From positions 778-64,777 of the forward strand of contig CALLJF010000017.1 in assembly GCA_938091495.1 (NCBI GenBank): a DNA stretch of 64,000 nucleotides. The letters are read 5' to 3'. The DNA comes from an uncultured Nitrososphaerales archaeon (lineage in GTDB: Archaea; Thermoproteota; Nitrososphaeria; Nitrososphaerales; JACAEJ01). Of the stretch, positions 1 through 9,100 are shown one piece after another. Below the pieces are notes generated by a model. The model had not been told where the DNA came from. It searched no databases and was given only the letters and a program-made list of their open reading frames with translations. Made by a program: the position numbers and the translations under genes. The first letter of the stretch is position 1. Every line of letters starts with the position of its first letter.

Positions 1-672
1 ACCTAGTTTTATTACAACTGTCTTGATACCTTTCCTTAAGAGAATTTTTGATGCTTGCTCTAATTTATGAGTCTTAGTCAATGCTTCTGCCTCAATGCTG
101 TTTAGTAAGATAGTATCTGTACTTGCCAAGGCAGTATCTAAGATTCTAGCCTGAATTTTATTTACCAAAGGACCTGGGTCAAAGAATACAGATATGCTCA
201 AATCTGATGCTTTTTTCATAGCTTCAATGGTAAGATCAAGGCTTGGCGATCTGATTAGAGTGTGCCCTGATGTGTAGATGGCTTTTGAGGACTTTATTTT
301 ATTGATATCAATGGATTGAGAGAGTTCTATGCCAACTCCATGAACTCCTATGAAGGCATGCTTGCCATCTTTATTCACTAAAACAAGAACTATTGCTGTC
401 TTTTCTCCCTTCATTAAATTTATGCTCGTTACATCGATTCCTTCTTTATCCAATAAATCTCTAATGAATATACCGTTCTCATCATCTCCTATACAACCAA
501 CTATTCCCGCCTTTAGACCTAGCTTTGAGGCAGCCATAAGAAAGTTACAAACTCCTCCAGCCTCTTTTTTTATATATTGAGCTATCTGTACATCTTCCTC
601 CTTTATTGGAAAATGCTCTATTGGAATGATTAAATCTAAGACTATGTCACCAAAAGCTAATACATCTATCAC
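1..672 (-). CDS. PfkB/ribokinase-family sugar or nucleoside kinase (partial; C-terminus beyond window start)
   Basis: Not in the ORF track because it runs off the window. My minus-strand translation from GTG at 670-672 reads VIDVLAFGDIVLDLIIPIEHFPIKEEDVQIAQYIKKEAGGVCNFLMAASKLGLKAGIVGCIGDDENGIFIRDLLDKEGIDV...KTVVIKLG. This shows the PfkB N-terminal GG region and typical domain order. Confidence 0.7.
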   Translation of the reverse strand, partial: MIDVLAFGDIVLDLIIPIEHFPIKEEDVQIAQYIKKEAGGVCNFLMAASKLGLKAGIVGCIGDDENGIFIRDLLDKEGIDVTSINLMKGEKTAIVLVLVNKDGKHAFIGVHGVGIELSQSIDINKIKSSKAIYTSGHTLIRSPSLDLTIEAMKKASDLSISVFFDPGPLVNKIQARILDTALASTDTILLNSIEAEALTKTHKLEQASKILLRKGIKTVVIKLG

Positions 673-691
673 TTCATTAACCTCTTCTCCC

Positions 692-970
692 TTACTTCGA
701 GAAGCCTTCCTTTGATACAAAACCATCTTCAATTATAGCATCTGCTAAGATTAGCGTTATCCAAGTGTCGTCTGTAACCTGGCCTGCCTTCAACCCATCG
801 TGAATAATGTGCCCAGCAGGCGCATCGATGAAATCCGTAACTCTGCCAAACTTTTCGCGTATTTGATCTGGAGAGAAGCTGGAGGTAGGCATGCCCATAG
901 CATCACCAATGGCTACGCCTGATAAGCACCCAATGGATCTTGATAGTATAGAATCAGAGTTTACTGCCAT
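692..970 (-). pseudogene. ADP-ribosylglycohydrolase (DraG/ARH family), N-terminal fragment only
   Basis: The 92-aa ORF contains GVAIGDAMGMP...GQVTDDTWITLILADAI, which matches only the first third of a fold that is normally about 280-330 aa. TAA at 692-694 lies 20 nt before the kinase start, which is in another frame. Confidence 0.55.
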
Positions 971-1779
971 CTGTCACCAACTCCATAACTTATTATGCTA
1001 AGATATAAGCTAAAAGCAAGGACAGAGAGAAATAGAAAAGTGTAAAAGTAATCAGACTTCCTCGCTTTTATCTCGTAGAAAGCAGTACATCTATCTGTTG
1101 CTCCAAACCCTCTAGCAATCATGGCCATGCCAAGGGTCTCTGAACGCCTTATGGCACCTATAAGCATAGGGATCATTATTGGCACATAGGCTTTTATTAT
1201 CTGCAAGAAGCCCTTTGAAGCTTCTAACTTTGCCCCTCTTGCCTTTTGAGCATCTATCGTTGCTAATGCATCTCTCTCAAGAACAGGTATGAACCTTATC
1301 GCTGTGGTAACGACAAAAGCCAATTGGTAAGGAAGTCTAAGTTTGCGTAAAAGTGCTATGAAATGGTATATAGGTGTAGTAAGAGTGAGAAGGGATGATG
1401 CCATTACCATGATCAAGATTCTAAAGAGAAAGGTAAAGCCAAGCATTATTCCCTCTAAAGTAACTGCTATAAAAGGTCCGAATCCATCTATCTTTGGTAC
1501 GAGATAAAATATTATAGTCTTACCTTGATAGAAAAAGGCTTGATAACCTACTATGAAGATCAAAGGTATAAGAAGAATCTTCATTAGGCTTAGAAATTTT
1601 ACAATAGGAATCTTGACAGCATAACTTAGAATCATTAATGAAGCAAAAATAACAGTCAAATAGATAGGGTCCCAAAAGACGAAGGCTAGAACTACTATGC
1701 ATATGAACCATGTAATCTTTGGGCGAACATCCATCTTATGAAATATTGTCTCCCCTGGAATGTATTCAAAAAAGACCAT
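961..1779 (-). CDS. ecfT: ECF transporter transmembrane component EcfT (CbiQ family)
   Basis: 272 aa and polytopic. The C-terminal IDAQKARGAKLE...RRSETLGMAMIARGF carries the paired Ala-Arg-Gly coupling motifs. A 1-nt gap separates it from the ATPase gene. Confidence 0.8.
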   Translation of the reverse strand: MVFFEYIPGETIFHKMDVRPKITWFICIVVLAFVFWDPIYLTVIFASLMILSYAVKIPIVKFLSLMKILLIPLIFIVGYQAFFYQGKTIIFYLVPKIDGFGPFIAVTLEGIMLGFTFLFRILIMVMASSLLTLTTPIYHFIALLRKLRLPYQLAFVVTTAIRFIPVLERDALATIDAQKARGAKLEASKGFLQIIKAYVPIMIPMLIGAIRRSETLGMAMIARGFGATDRCTAFYEIKARKSDYFYTFLFLSVLAFSLYLSIISYGVGDRWQ

Positions 1780-1780
1780 T

Positions 1781-3484
1781 CTAATCTCCTAGCCTAGATA
1801 GCATCTCTTCCACAGACAATACTGTCTCTTCTCCTTTAAAGCCTAGTTCATGCCCAATCCTTGTGATCTGAGGAGGCAATAAGAAGCATCTTTTCAAAGG
1901 ATCAAATTCAGAGAAGATTTGTCTTGTACTTCCATCTAGAAGAATCTTGCCTTTATCCAAAACTATGGCCCTTCTTACATATTTGCCAACAATTCTCATA
2001 TCATGAGTTATTATTATGATGGTATGCCCAGTTTCATTCAATTTTGAGAGCATATGCATCATGCTCTCTGACCCAAGATAATCTTGACCTGTTGTGGGCT
2101 CATCTACAACAAAGATTTCAGGCTTCATGGCAAATATAGATGCAAAGGCAACTCTCTGCCTCTCGCCTTTTTTAAGCAGAAAAGGATGATGCTCCTCGAA
2201 ACCATCAAGACCTACAAACTTTAGCGCCTCAGAAACTCTCTCGCTAATCTCCTCTTTTGATAGCTTTAAGTTCTTAAGACCATATGTAACTTCATCTTTA
2301 ACTGAAGTGGCGAATATTTGATGGTCTGGGTTTTGGAAGACATAGCCAACTATCTTTGCCAGCTTGCCAGTAGTTTGTTCTCTCGTATCAAGACCTTTGA
2401 TCAAAACCCTTCCAATAGTTGGCTTCAATAAGCCTATCAGATGCTTAGCCAATGTGGTCTTTCCTGAGCCATTTTGCCCTATTATCGCCAGAAACTCGCC
2501 TCTTTTAACGGTGAGATTTACACCGTTAAGTGCCTTCACACCATTAGGATACATATGGTGCAGATCCTCTACGGTTATAACTTCTTCTTTACCTTTATCT
2601 TGAGATAGATCAAAGTTTGTATGGTGCTTTTTAATAAGCATTTCAGGAAAGGCAGATCTAAAATCTTCCTCTTTTATAGGGAAGAATTTAGGGGAGAATC
2701 CTTTCTTAATAAGAGAAAGAGCTAGCTCACAGACTTGAGGAGGTCGAACGCCCAGTTCAAGCAAATCTGATATTCTGTTAAATACTTCTCTAGGAGAGCC
2801 TTCTAAAGCTATCTTGCCATCCTTCATAACAATGACTCTGTCTGCATACTTTGCTATTTCTTCAGACCTATGCTCTACCATTATTATTGTAGTATTGTAA
2901 TCCTTTCTAAGCTTTGCAACCGTTGAAAAGACTTCCTCTTTTCCAACTGAATCAAGTTGAGAAGTTGGCTCATCAAGGACGAGAATCTTAGATTTCATAG
3001 CAAAGACTCCTGCCAAAGCTAGCCTCTGCTTCTCCCCTCCAGATAGAGCATCTGTCTCGCGCTTCTCATAGCCTTCTAGGCGCAAGGCTGAAAGAGAGTA
3101 AGAAACTCTTTCTATAATCTCCTCTTTATCGAGACCTAGGTTTGATGGACCAAAAGCTACATCTTCTTCTACTATTGTTCCAAATATCTGACTTTCGAAG
3201 TCCTGAAAGACCATGCCTACATGAAGGGCTAACTTTTGAGTTGGAGTATTAAAAGCTGGAAGACCATCAACTATAACTCTTCCTGAGTATTCGCCTCCTT
3301 CAAAGTATTGAGGAACTAGCCCATTAAAGGATAAACAAAGAGTAGTCTTGCCAGAGCCTGTTGCCCCCATAATGGCTAAAAACTCTCCCTCTTCTACATG
3401 AAGATTAATACCACATAAGGCTGGTCTGTCAGATTTAGGGTATTTATACCAAAGATTCTCTACTTCTATGATCTTCCTTGGCAT
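1781..3484 (-). CDS. ecfA: ECF transporter ATPase, fused EcfA1-EcfA2 (duplicated ABC cassette)
   Basis: 567 aa. Walker A GATGSGKTT and GQNGSGKTT, signature LSGGEKQR, Walker B ILVLDEPTS and IFVVDEPTT. Confidence 0.9.
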   Translation of the reverse strand: MPRKIIEVENLWYKYPKSDRPALCGINLHVEEGEFLAIMGATGSGKTTLCLSFNGLVPQYFEGGEYSGRVIVDGLPAFNTPTQKLALHVGMVFQDFESQIFGTIVEEDVAFGPSNLGLDKEEIIERVSYSLSALRLEGYEKRETDALSGGEKQRLALAGVFAMKSKILVLDEPTSQLDSVGKEEVFSTVAKLRKDYNTTIIMVEHRSEEIAKYADRVIVMKDGKIALEGSPREVFNRISDLLELGVRPPQVCELALSLIKKGFSPKFFPIKEEDFRSAFPEMLIKKHHTNFDLSQDKGKEEVITVEDLHHMYPNGVKALNGVNLTVKRGEFLAIIGQNGSGKTTLAKHLIGLLKPTIGRVLIKGLDTREQTTGKLAKIVGYVFQNPDHQIFATSVKDEVTYGLKNLKLSKEEISERVSEALKFVGLDGFEEHHPFLLKKGERQRVAFASIFAMKPEIFVVDEPTTGQDYLGSESMMHMLSKLNETGHTIIIITHDMRIVGKYVRRAIVLDKGKILLDGSTRQIFSEFDPLKRCFLLPPQITRIGHELGFKGEETVLSVEEMLSRLGD

Positions 3485-3524
3485 GAGATTCCCAGCTAAA
3501 TAAAAAGTGAAGAGTGGTATAAAT

Positions 3525-3971
3525 TTAGATGTATCCTGCCTTCTTCACTATCTGATTTGCAACACCAGCTATAGCTACATTCACGAAGGAAGCTACAACA
3601 AGAGGTATAACCGTTACATAAAAGAAGCCTTCGCCAAATATCGGGACGAATGCTGCTGGAGCCACAACACCGTTAAAGAATACGGCCGCTGCTATTCCTA
3701 CTGTCCAATGGATCTTCTTACTTGTCCATCTGAAGATCAATGCCCAAACTATCATCATAACAGCGATTAGTACGTGAAGAGGGATACTCAAAGGGAAGCC
3801 AACAGTAGAAGCTGTGAGAATATGACCAAGAGATATGACTATAGCGCCTTCTAAATAGCCCCAAGCAACTGCCGAGAAGTATCCAGGAAGCGAATCCAAA
3901 GCAACAGTTCCGGTAGGGCTAGGAATCTTTATGAAAGAACCTACAGCGCCTAAAGCTATGAATATGGCCAT
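3525..3971 (-). CDS. ECF transporter substrate-capture (S) component, substrate unknown
   Basis: 148 aa, small, Gly-rich and polytopic (GTVALDSLPGYFSAVAWG...). It sits at the head of the EcfA/EcfT operon. The N-terminus may be longer (see findings). Confidence 0.6.
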   Translation of the reverse strand: MAIFIALGAVGSFIKIPSPTGTVALDSLPGYFSAVAWGYLEGAIVISLGHILTASTVGFPLSIPLHVLIAVMMIVWALIFRWTSKKIHWTVGIAAAVFFNGVVAPAAFVPIFGEGFFYVTVIPLVVASFVNVAIAGVANQIVKKAGYI

Positions 3972-4139
3972 CCTTGCTATCCTTTGGTGTCCAATAAGGT
4001 TGTTTTGCCTTCGCTTCAGTTTTTGTCATGTCGAATTAGTAAAGTTAAGCAATATTTAAGTTCTTTTAATTGTATTACACATGTAACGCATTGAAATCTT
4101 TATAGAAACCAAGAGGATAATAAGAGGGTTGATAATCAG

Positions 4140-4418
4140 ATGATATAGAATTGAGTATGCTGGGCTGCGGGCTCTCTAGAGGGTAAAGGAAGCAACAACC
4201 TAGTGATCTGGAAGGGGCAACGTGTATTGATATGTGATAAATGTTGTGATGAGCTTGGCCCAGAGCTAAGCGAAGACTTCTGATAGCATCTGATTGTAAT
4301 ACTTCATAAGAGTCTCGCCGTTTATGGCATCAAGATGTACTCTCCCCAGTAGTCTGGAAATGTTCCTCTTGTGGAGGATAAGGTCTTTTGGCACCTTGTT
4401 ATTGAACTTTCCATAAGG
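4140..4418. ncRNA. candidate structured RNA (unclassified); GC-elevated ORF-free segment abutting the tRNA
   Basis: All six frames are closed by stops. Composition is visibly more G+C-rich than neighbouring spacers (gctgggctgcgggctctctagaggg..., ctccccagtagtctgg...). Local helices include CTGGGC 4160-4165 with GCCCAG 4258-4263, GGAA/TTCC at 4356-4366 and CCTC/GAGG at 4365-4377. A C-box-like GTGATGA lies at 4246-4252, with CTGA at 4280-4283 and 4290-4293. Strand and class are undetermined. Confidence 0.2.
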
Positions 4419-4526
4419 TGCGGTCGCCGGGATTTGAACCCGGGTTACCAGCTATCCGCCTTCAAGATGGAGGGCTTACATGCTCATTAGAGCTTGATGT
4501 CCTAGACCAGTCTGGACGACGACCGC
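4419..4526 (-). tRNA. tRNA, probably Gly(UCC), with 33 nt of intervening sequence in the anticodon arm; no encoded CCA
   Basis: Minus strand reads GCGGTCG TC GTCC AGACTGGTCTA GGAC A [50 nt] TAAC CCGGG TTCAAAT CCCGG CGACCGC A. The acceptor, D and T arms are perfect, and it is a close paralogue of the Gly(GCC) gene at 63490. The anticodon follows from two alternative two-intron models (see findings). Confidence 0.8.
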
Positions 4527-5268
4527 TTCTATTGCTTGAGTTCTGTTAGTAAGATAAACTTTATTTTAAATTTTTAGGTTATATTAAGCAAGAATAGTAA
4601 CAAGATTAAAAGGGGGGGACCATCTTGATGGAAGGAATCCAAATGCGACATGAGAGTGTTGGCGTCAAATCTATTCTAAGGATTATCGAAATCTTTGGAG
4701 AGCCATCCAAAATATATGACTTATCTTTAGTAAAATCCAAGTTTCCTGCCTTTCCCTCTTTTTGCTGAAAATATCTGCCAACTTTTTTGGAGGATATGTT
4801 ATTCGATATTATGCCTAGGCTGGAAATATATCTTAAGATCATTCGCAAATATAATCCACAAGTTAGACCTGCTATCGACCCATACGTATCTACGCAGATA
4901 GGAGTTTTTCAAAAATTTTAGTGATTGGGAAATAGGAAGACTCCTTGGCTAACCCTGATTGCTGCATCAAATCTTTTACTGAAGAGGTATAAGATACAGC
5001 TTAGATGTGAGGCATTTTCAAGAACTCAAAAAAGTAAAAAAGTGTTTGTAATTACTGCTGGTTTTGTGCCACGCAGCATCTTTTTGTAAAGAGTCATAGC
5101 AAGGGTTTAGCATCTTTTTTGAACAAAAAAGGTAGTTCATTGGTTGAATCTTCCCGAAAAAGAACTTTCTATAGCATTGCCCATTTCCACCCTGAATATC
5201 TAGGTCATTATTATGATTACGTGGAGAAAAGCGAATAGATTACCATCAAATTTTAAGACTCTGTAGAT

Positions 5269-5970
5269 TCATATACCAAGGTAGAGCCTTTGTGCCAAGA
5301 ATCTAGGTAAGCCAGCCCCTACAATCTTATTCGCTGCAGATTCTACATCATATTCTATCAATTTATGCTCGACTTTTACATCATTGTTATCGATAGTTAA
5401 TATTGCATAGCATGCTCTAGGATCGTTCGAGCGTGGCTGACCGATACTTCCAGGGTTGAATATGATTCCTTTGTCAGATTCGTATAGGAATGGTATATGA
5501 GTGTGCCCTAAACCTATCACATCGGCATTATTTTTTGATAAGTAATAATCGAATAGGCCTTCATGAGTATCTGGCAATACATACTCAAAAATAGGATCAT
5601 CAGGGCTACCATGAACGAATAGAATTCTAACAGCATCTACCTTTAACTCCATCTTTTTTGGTAGTTTCTTTATGAAGTCAAAATTTTCTCTCTTTAAGTT
5701 TGAGCGAGTCCAGAATACGGCTCTTTGAGCATCCGGATTGAACCATGAAGCATCTCCTGTTACAACTGCATACTCGTGATTTCCCATGACGCATTTAACA
5801 TTATTTTCTCTAACCCACTCTACAACTTCATTAGGGTTTGCACCATATCCTACCAAATCCCCTAAACAGTAAATAGACTTCTTGCCAAGATGCTTCATAA
5901 TAGCGTTGAGGGCATCAAGATTGCCGTGAATATCAGAGATTATCGCTAATTCTCGCATAAACATTATCAA
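5269..5970 (-). CDS. metallophosphoesterase (YfcE/MJ0936-like calcineurin-fold)
   Basis: Motifs ISDIHGN, GDLVGYG, GNHE, VHGSP and GHTH appear in canonical order. Confidence 0.8.
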   Translation of the reverse strand: MIMFMRELAIISDIHGNLDALNAIMKHLGKKSIYCLGDLVGYGANPNEVVEWVRENNVKCVMGNHEYAVVTGDASWFNPDAQRAVFWTRSNLKRENFDFIKKLPKKMELKVDAVRILFVHGSPDDPIFEYVLPDTHEGLFDYYLSKNNADVIGLGHTHIPFLYESDKGIIFNPGSIGQPRSNDPRACYAILTIDNNDVKVEHKLIEYDVESAANKIVGAGLPRFLAQRLYLGI

Positions 5971-6120
5971 TATGCTTTAAGAATTCGATCAATAAAACCT
6001 TATAAGAGATTAGTTCATGCTAATATTGTGGTGTGTATGGTACTAGGTGATTACAAAAACTCTCCAATCATAAAGAGAAACTCTCTTTAATGAGAAAAAT
6101 CACCCTATGGTTCGAGAAAG

Positions 6121-9100
6121 ATGAGCAAAGAATCGTCAAAGCACTTTCAAGGGTCTTTATACCCTTTATATGAGCCTAAAAAGATAGAGGATAAAGTAAG
6201 AAGTTATTGGAAAGAGGTTAATATAAAAAAGATAATTCTAAAGGAATTAGAAAATAAGCCTCTAATAGGCTATGTGGAAGGTCCTCCAACTCTTAATGGC
6301 GAACCTCATATAGGTCATGTCAGAGGAAGGGTGATCAAAGACCTTTGGTATAGGCAACTAGTAATGAAAGGACTGAATGTAATCTTTAGAGCAGGGTGGG
6401 ATACCCAAGGTTTACCAGTTGAGCTTCAGGCTGAAAAGGAGCTTGGACTTAAAGGGAATAAGGCTGAGAACATAAAAGCTGTTGGTGAGGCGGCTATAAT
6501 AAATGCATGTAAGAGCATCATTGAGAAATATTACAAATCATGGTACAAAGCTGATGAACTCTTAGGCATGTCTATGGATTATGACAAAGCATACTGGACA
6601 TACAAGGATAATTACATAGAAAGGGAATGGAAGTATTTGGAGAAAGCTTGGAAAAAGGGTCTATTAGGGGAAGGTTATCGTGTAGTTGCTTATTGCCCGA
6701 GTTGCCAAACATCCTTGAGTCAGAGCGAAGTAGCCCTTGGCTATGAGTTGGTTGAAGACCCTTCTCTTTACTTTAAGATGAAGCTAAGGGATGAAGACGC
6801 TTACATAATACTATGGACAACCATGCCTTTTACGATAGTAACAGACGAGATGGTAGCAGTCAAGCCTGATGCTGATTATGCCTATATTAAGGTTAAAGAT
6901 GAAACTTGGATAATAGGAGAAAAGAGAATTTCATTTCTGATGAAGGAGTTAGACATAGAAAATTATGAAATCGTAAAGGTTGTAAAAGGATACGAATTAG
7001 AAGGAAAAAAGTATGTTCATCCTTTAAAAGATTTGATACCCCAACAATCCTTGCTGGATAAAGAGAATTCTGTTCATAAGATAATTGCTGAAGACTTTGT
7101 CGATATAAATACAGGATCTGGTCTCATTCACATCTCTCCTGCAAATGGAGAAGAAGATTTTCATGCTGCTATGAGAAGGAATGTCAAAATCTTTAACCCT
7201 ATAGATGATAGAGCTTGCTTTACAAAAGATGCTGGAATATTTGAAGGGATTTTTGTTCGCGACGCTGATACCAAAATCGTTGATTTATTAAAAGAGAGAA
7301 AGATGTTATTGAAGATCAGTGCAATAGAGCACGAGTATCCAACGTGCTGGCGATCACATCACAAATTAGTCTGGTTAGCAAGAAGAGAGTACTTTTATTG
7401 GGTAGATAAGCTTGGAGATCTAGCAGTTAAAGCTGCTGAAAATGTCGAATATTTTTTTGAACCTCCAAAAAACAGATTTCTAGAGATAATAAAGGAAAAG
7501 GTTCCTTGGTGCATATCACGAGAAAGAATATGGGGTACACCGTTGCCGATATGGATATGTAGCAAATGTAATGAAAAGATACCTGCCTTCAGCAAGAAGG
7601 AGATAATTGAAAAAGCCATCGATCTTCATGATCAAGACTTTGAGTTGCACCGCCCTTGGTTGGATGAAATTGCTTTAAAATGCACAAAATGTGGAGGAAA
7701 GGCTTACCGTGAACCATTCGTGTTGGATACTTGGCATAACAGTGGTGCAGCACCTTATGCATCCTTTACTGATGATGAATATAAAAGTTTGGTGCCAGTT
7801 GAATTCTTGACAGAAGGAATAGATCAGACAAGAGGATGGGCTTACACTTTATTAATAGAAAATGTAATCTTTACCGGAGAGGCAAAAGCACCTTACAAAG
7901 CCTTCCTTTTTACTGGCCATGTCTTGGATGAGAGAGGCAGAAAGATGAGTAAGAGTTTAGGAAATGTTATAGATGCAATAAATGTGTTGGAATCTGAATC
8001 AGTAGACATCCTTCGCTTTTACTTAATCTGGAGGAACAACCCGTTAGACGCCCTTAACTTCAGCCTTAAAGAAATGAACTCAAGACCATACCAAGTGCTA
8101 AGCACTCTATATCATATGCACGTTTACTTTCAGCAGAATAGTTCTTATGATGGCTATGATCCGGCAGTTAATACGCTAAGTTGGGCTTTGAATAATGAAT
8201 TGTTAAAACCTCAAGAATTTTGGCTTCTCTCGAATCTTCAAAGCCTTATTGATAATGTCTCCAATGGTTATAAGAACTGCAGGTTTAACGAAGCTGCTAG
8301 GGATATAGAAAATTTCATAATAGAAATACTGAGCCAAAGATATATACCCATGACAAGAAGTGAGATATGGGATGACAGCAAGGAAACTCTTAACAGAAGA
8401 CTTGCTATCTATTCTGTCCTTGATCACGTTCTAATAAACTTAGACATTTTGCTTCACCCAATATCTCCGTATTTAACCGAATTCTTATACCAAAATTTTG
8501 GCACTAGTCGTGAAAAACAAAAAGCAACCATACTACTTGAGAATTGGCCTAAACCGAATCCTGATTTAATGAATAAACAACTTGAATCAGAGTTTGAACT
8601 AGTGGATGATTTGACATCTTTGGCCAATAGCGCAAGGATGAAGGCAAGGTTAAAGAGGAGATGGCCTCTGAAGAAAGCAACATTTCTAATGCCTAAAGAG
8701 AAGATCGAGAAGGTTGAAAAGCATAAAGAGCTATTAAAAAAGCTTATAAACGTTAAGGATATCATCTTAACAGAAAGTCTAAAAGAGGCAGAAATCGTAC
8801 CAATCATAGAGCCAAAGCATGCTATTCTAGGTCCAAAGCTAAAAAAGAAGATGCCAAATCTCATGAAATTGCTTAAGTCCAAGGATTCTTTCGAGATCTA
8901 TGATCAAATAAGTGGAAAAGGCTTCATCGAAATAAAGATTGACGATGAATCTTTCAAAATCATGAAGGACGAATTGGAGACAAGTTATTCTTCAGATGAA
9001 AAGCATCTGATTTTGGAGAGAAATGACATAATAGTATCGTTGGATATAGAAAGAGATAGAGATCTTATAGTTGACGGGCTAATAAGAGATTTAGCAAGAA

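Noticed and set aside
350-580. 76-aa plus-strand ORF.
   Set aside because: It is antisense to the PfkB kinase reading frame, which runs through the whole 1-672 region.
4175-4225. Two GGAAG..GCAAC elements resembling the GNAR-loop / AGCA motifs of SRP RNA helices 6 and 8, with srp54 present in the window.
   Set aside because: The flanking bases do not form the expected helices. The motifs lie too close to any possible 5' end. I found no Alu-domain or long helix-5 pairing. I kept only a generic call of possible structured RNA.
4419-4526. A naive single-intron parse of the tRNA (stem TCAAG/CTTGA, intron at 37/38) gives anticodon CUA, which would make it an amber suppressor or Pyl-like tRNA.
   Set aside because: This parse leaves an 18-nt variable region that forms no convincing arm, and it lacks the required pairing for a canonical bulge-helix-bulge. 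The gene is a close paralogue of tRNA-Gly(GCC), and both two-intron models give UCC. No pyl genes are in the window.
4606-4848. 80-aa minus-strand ORF beside the tRNA, considered as a possible integrase remnant.
   Set aside because: It has no recombinase motifs, a non-protein-like sequence, and a poly-G/C run at its end. I treat it as non-coding.
8454-8882. 142-aa minus-strand ORF (plus 7395-7619, 8203-8427 and 9146-9343).
   Set aside because: All are antisense to ileS, which has unambiguous class-I synthetase motifs.
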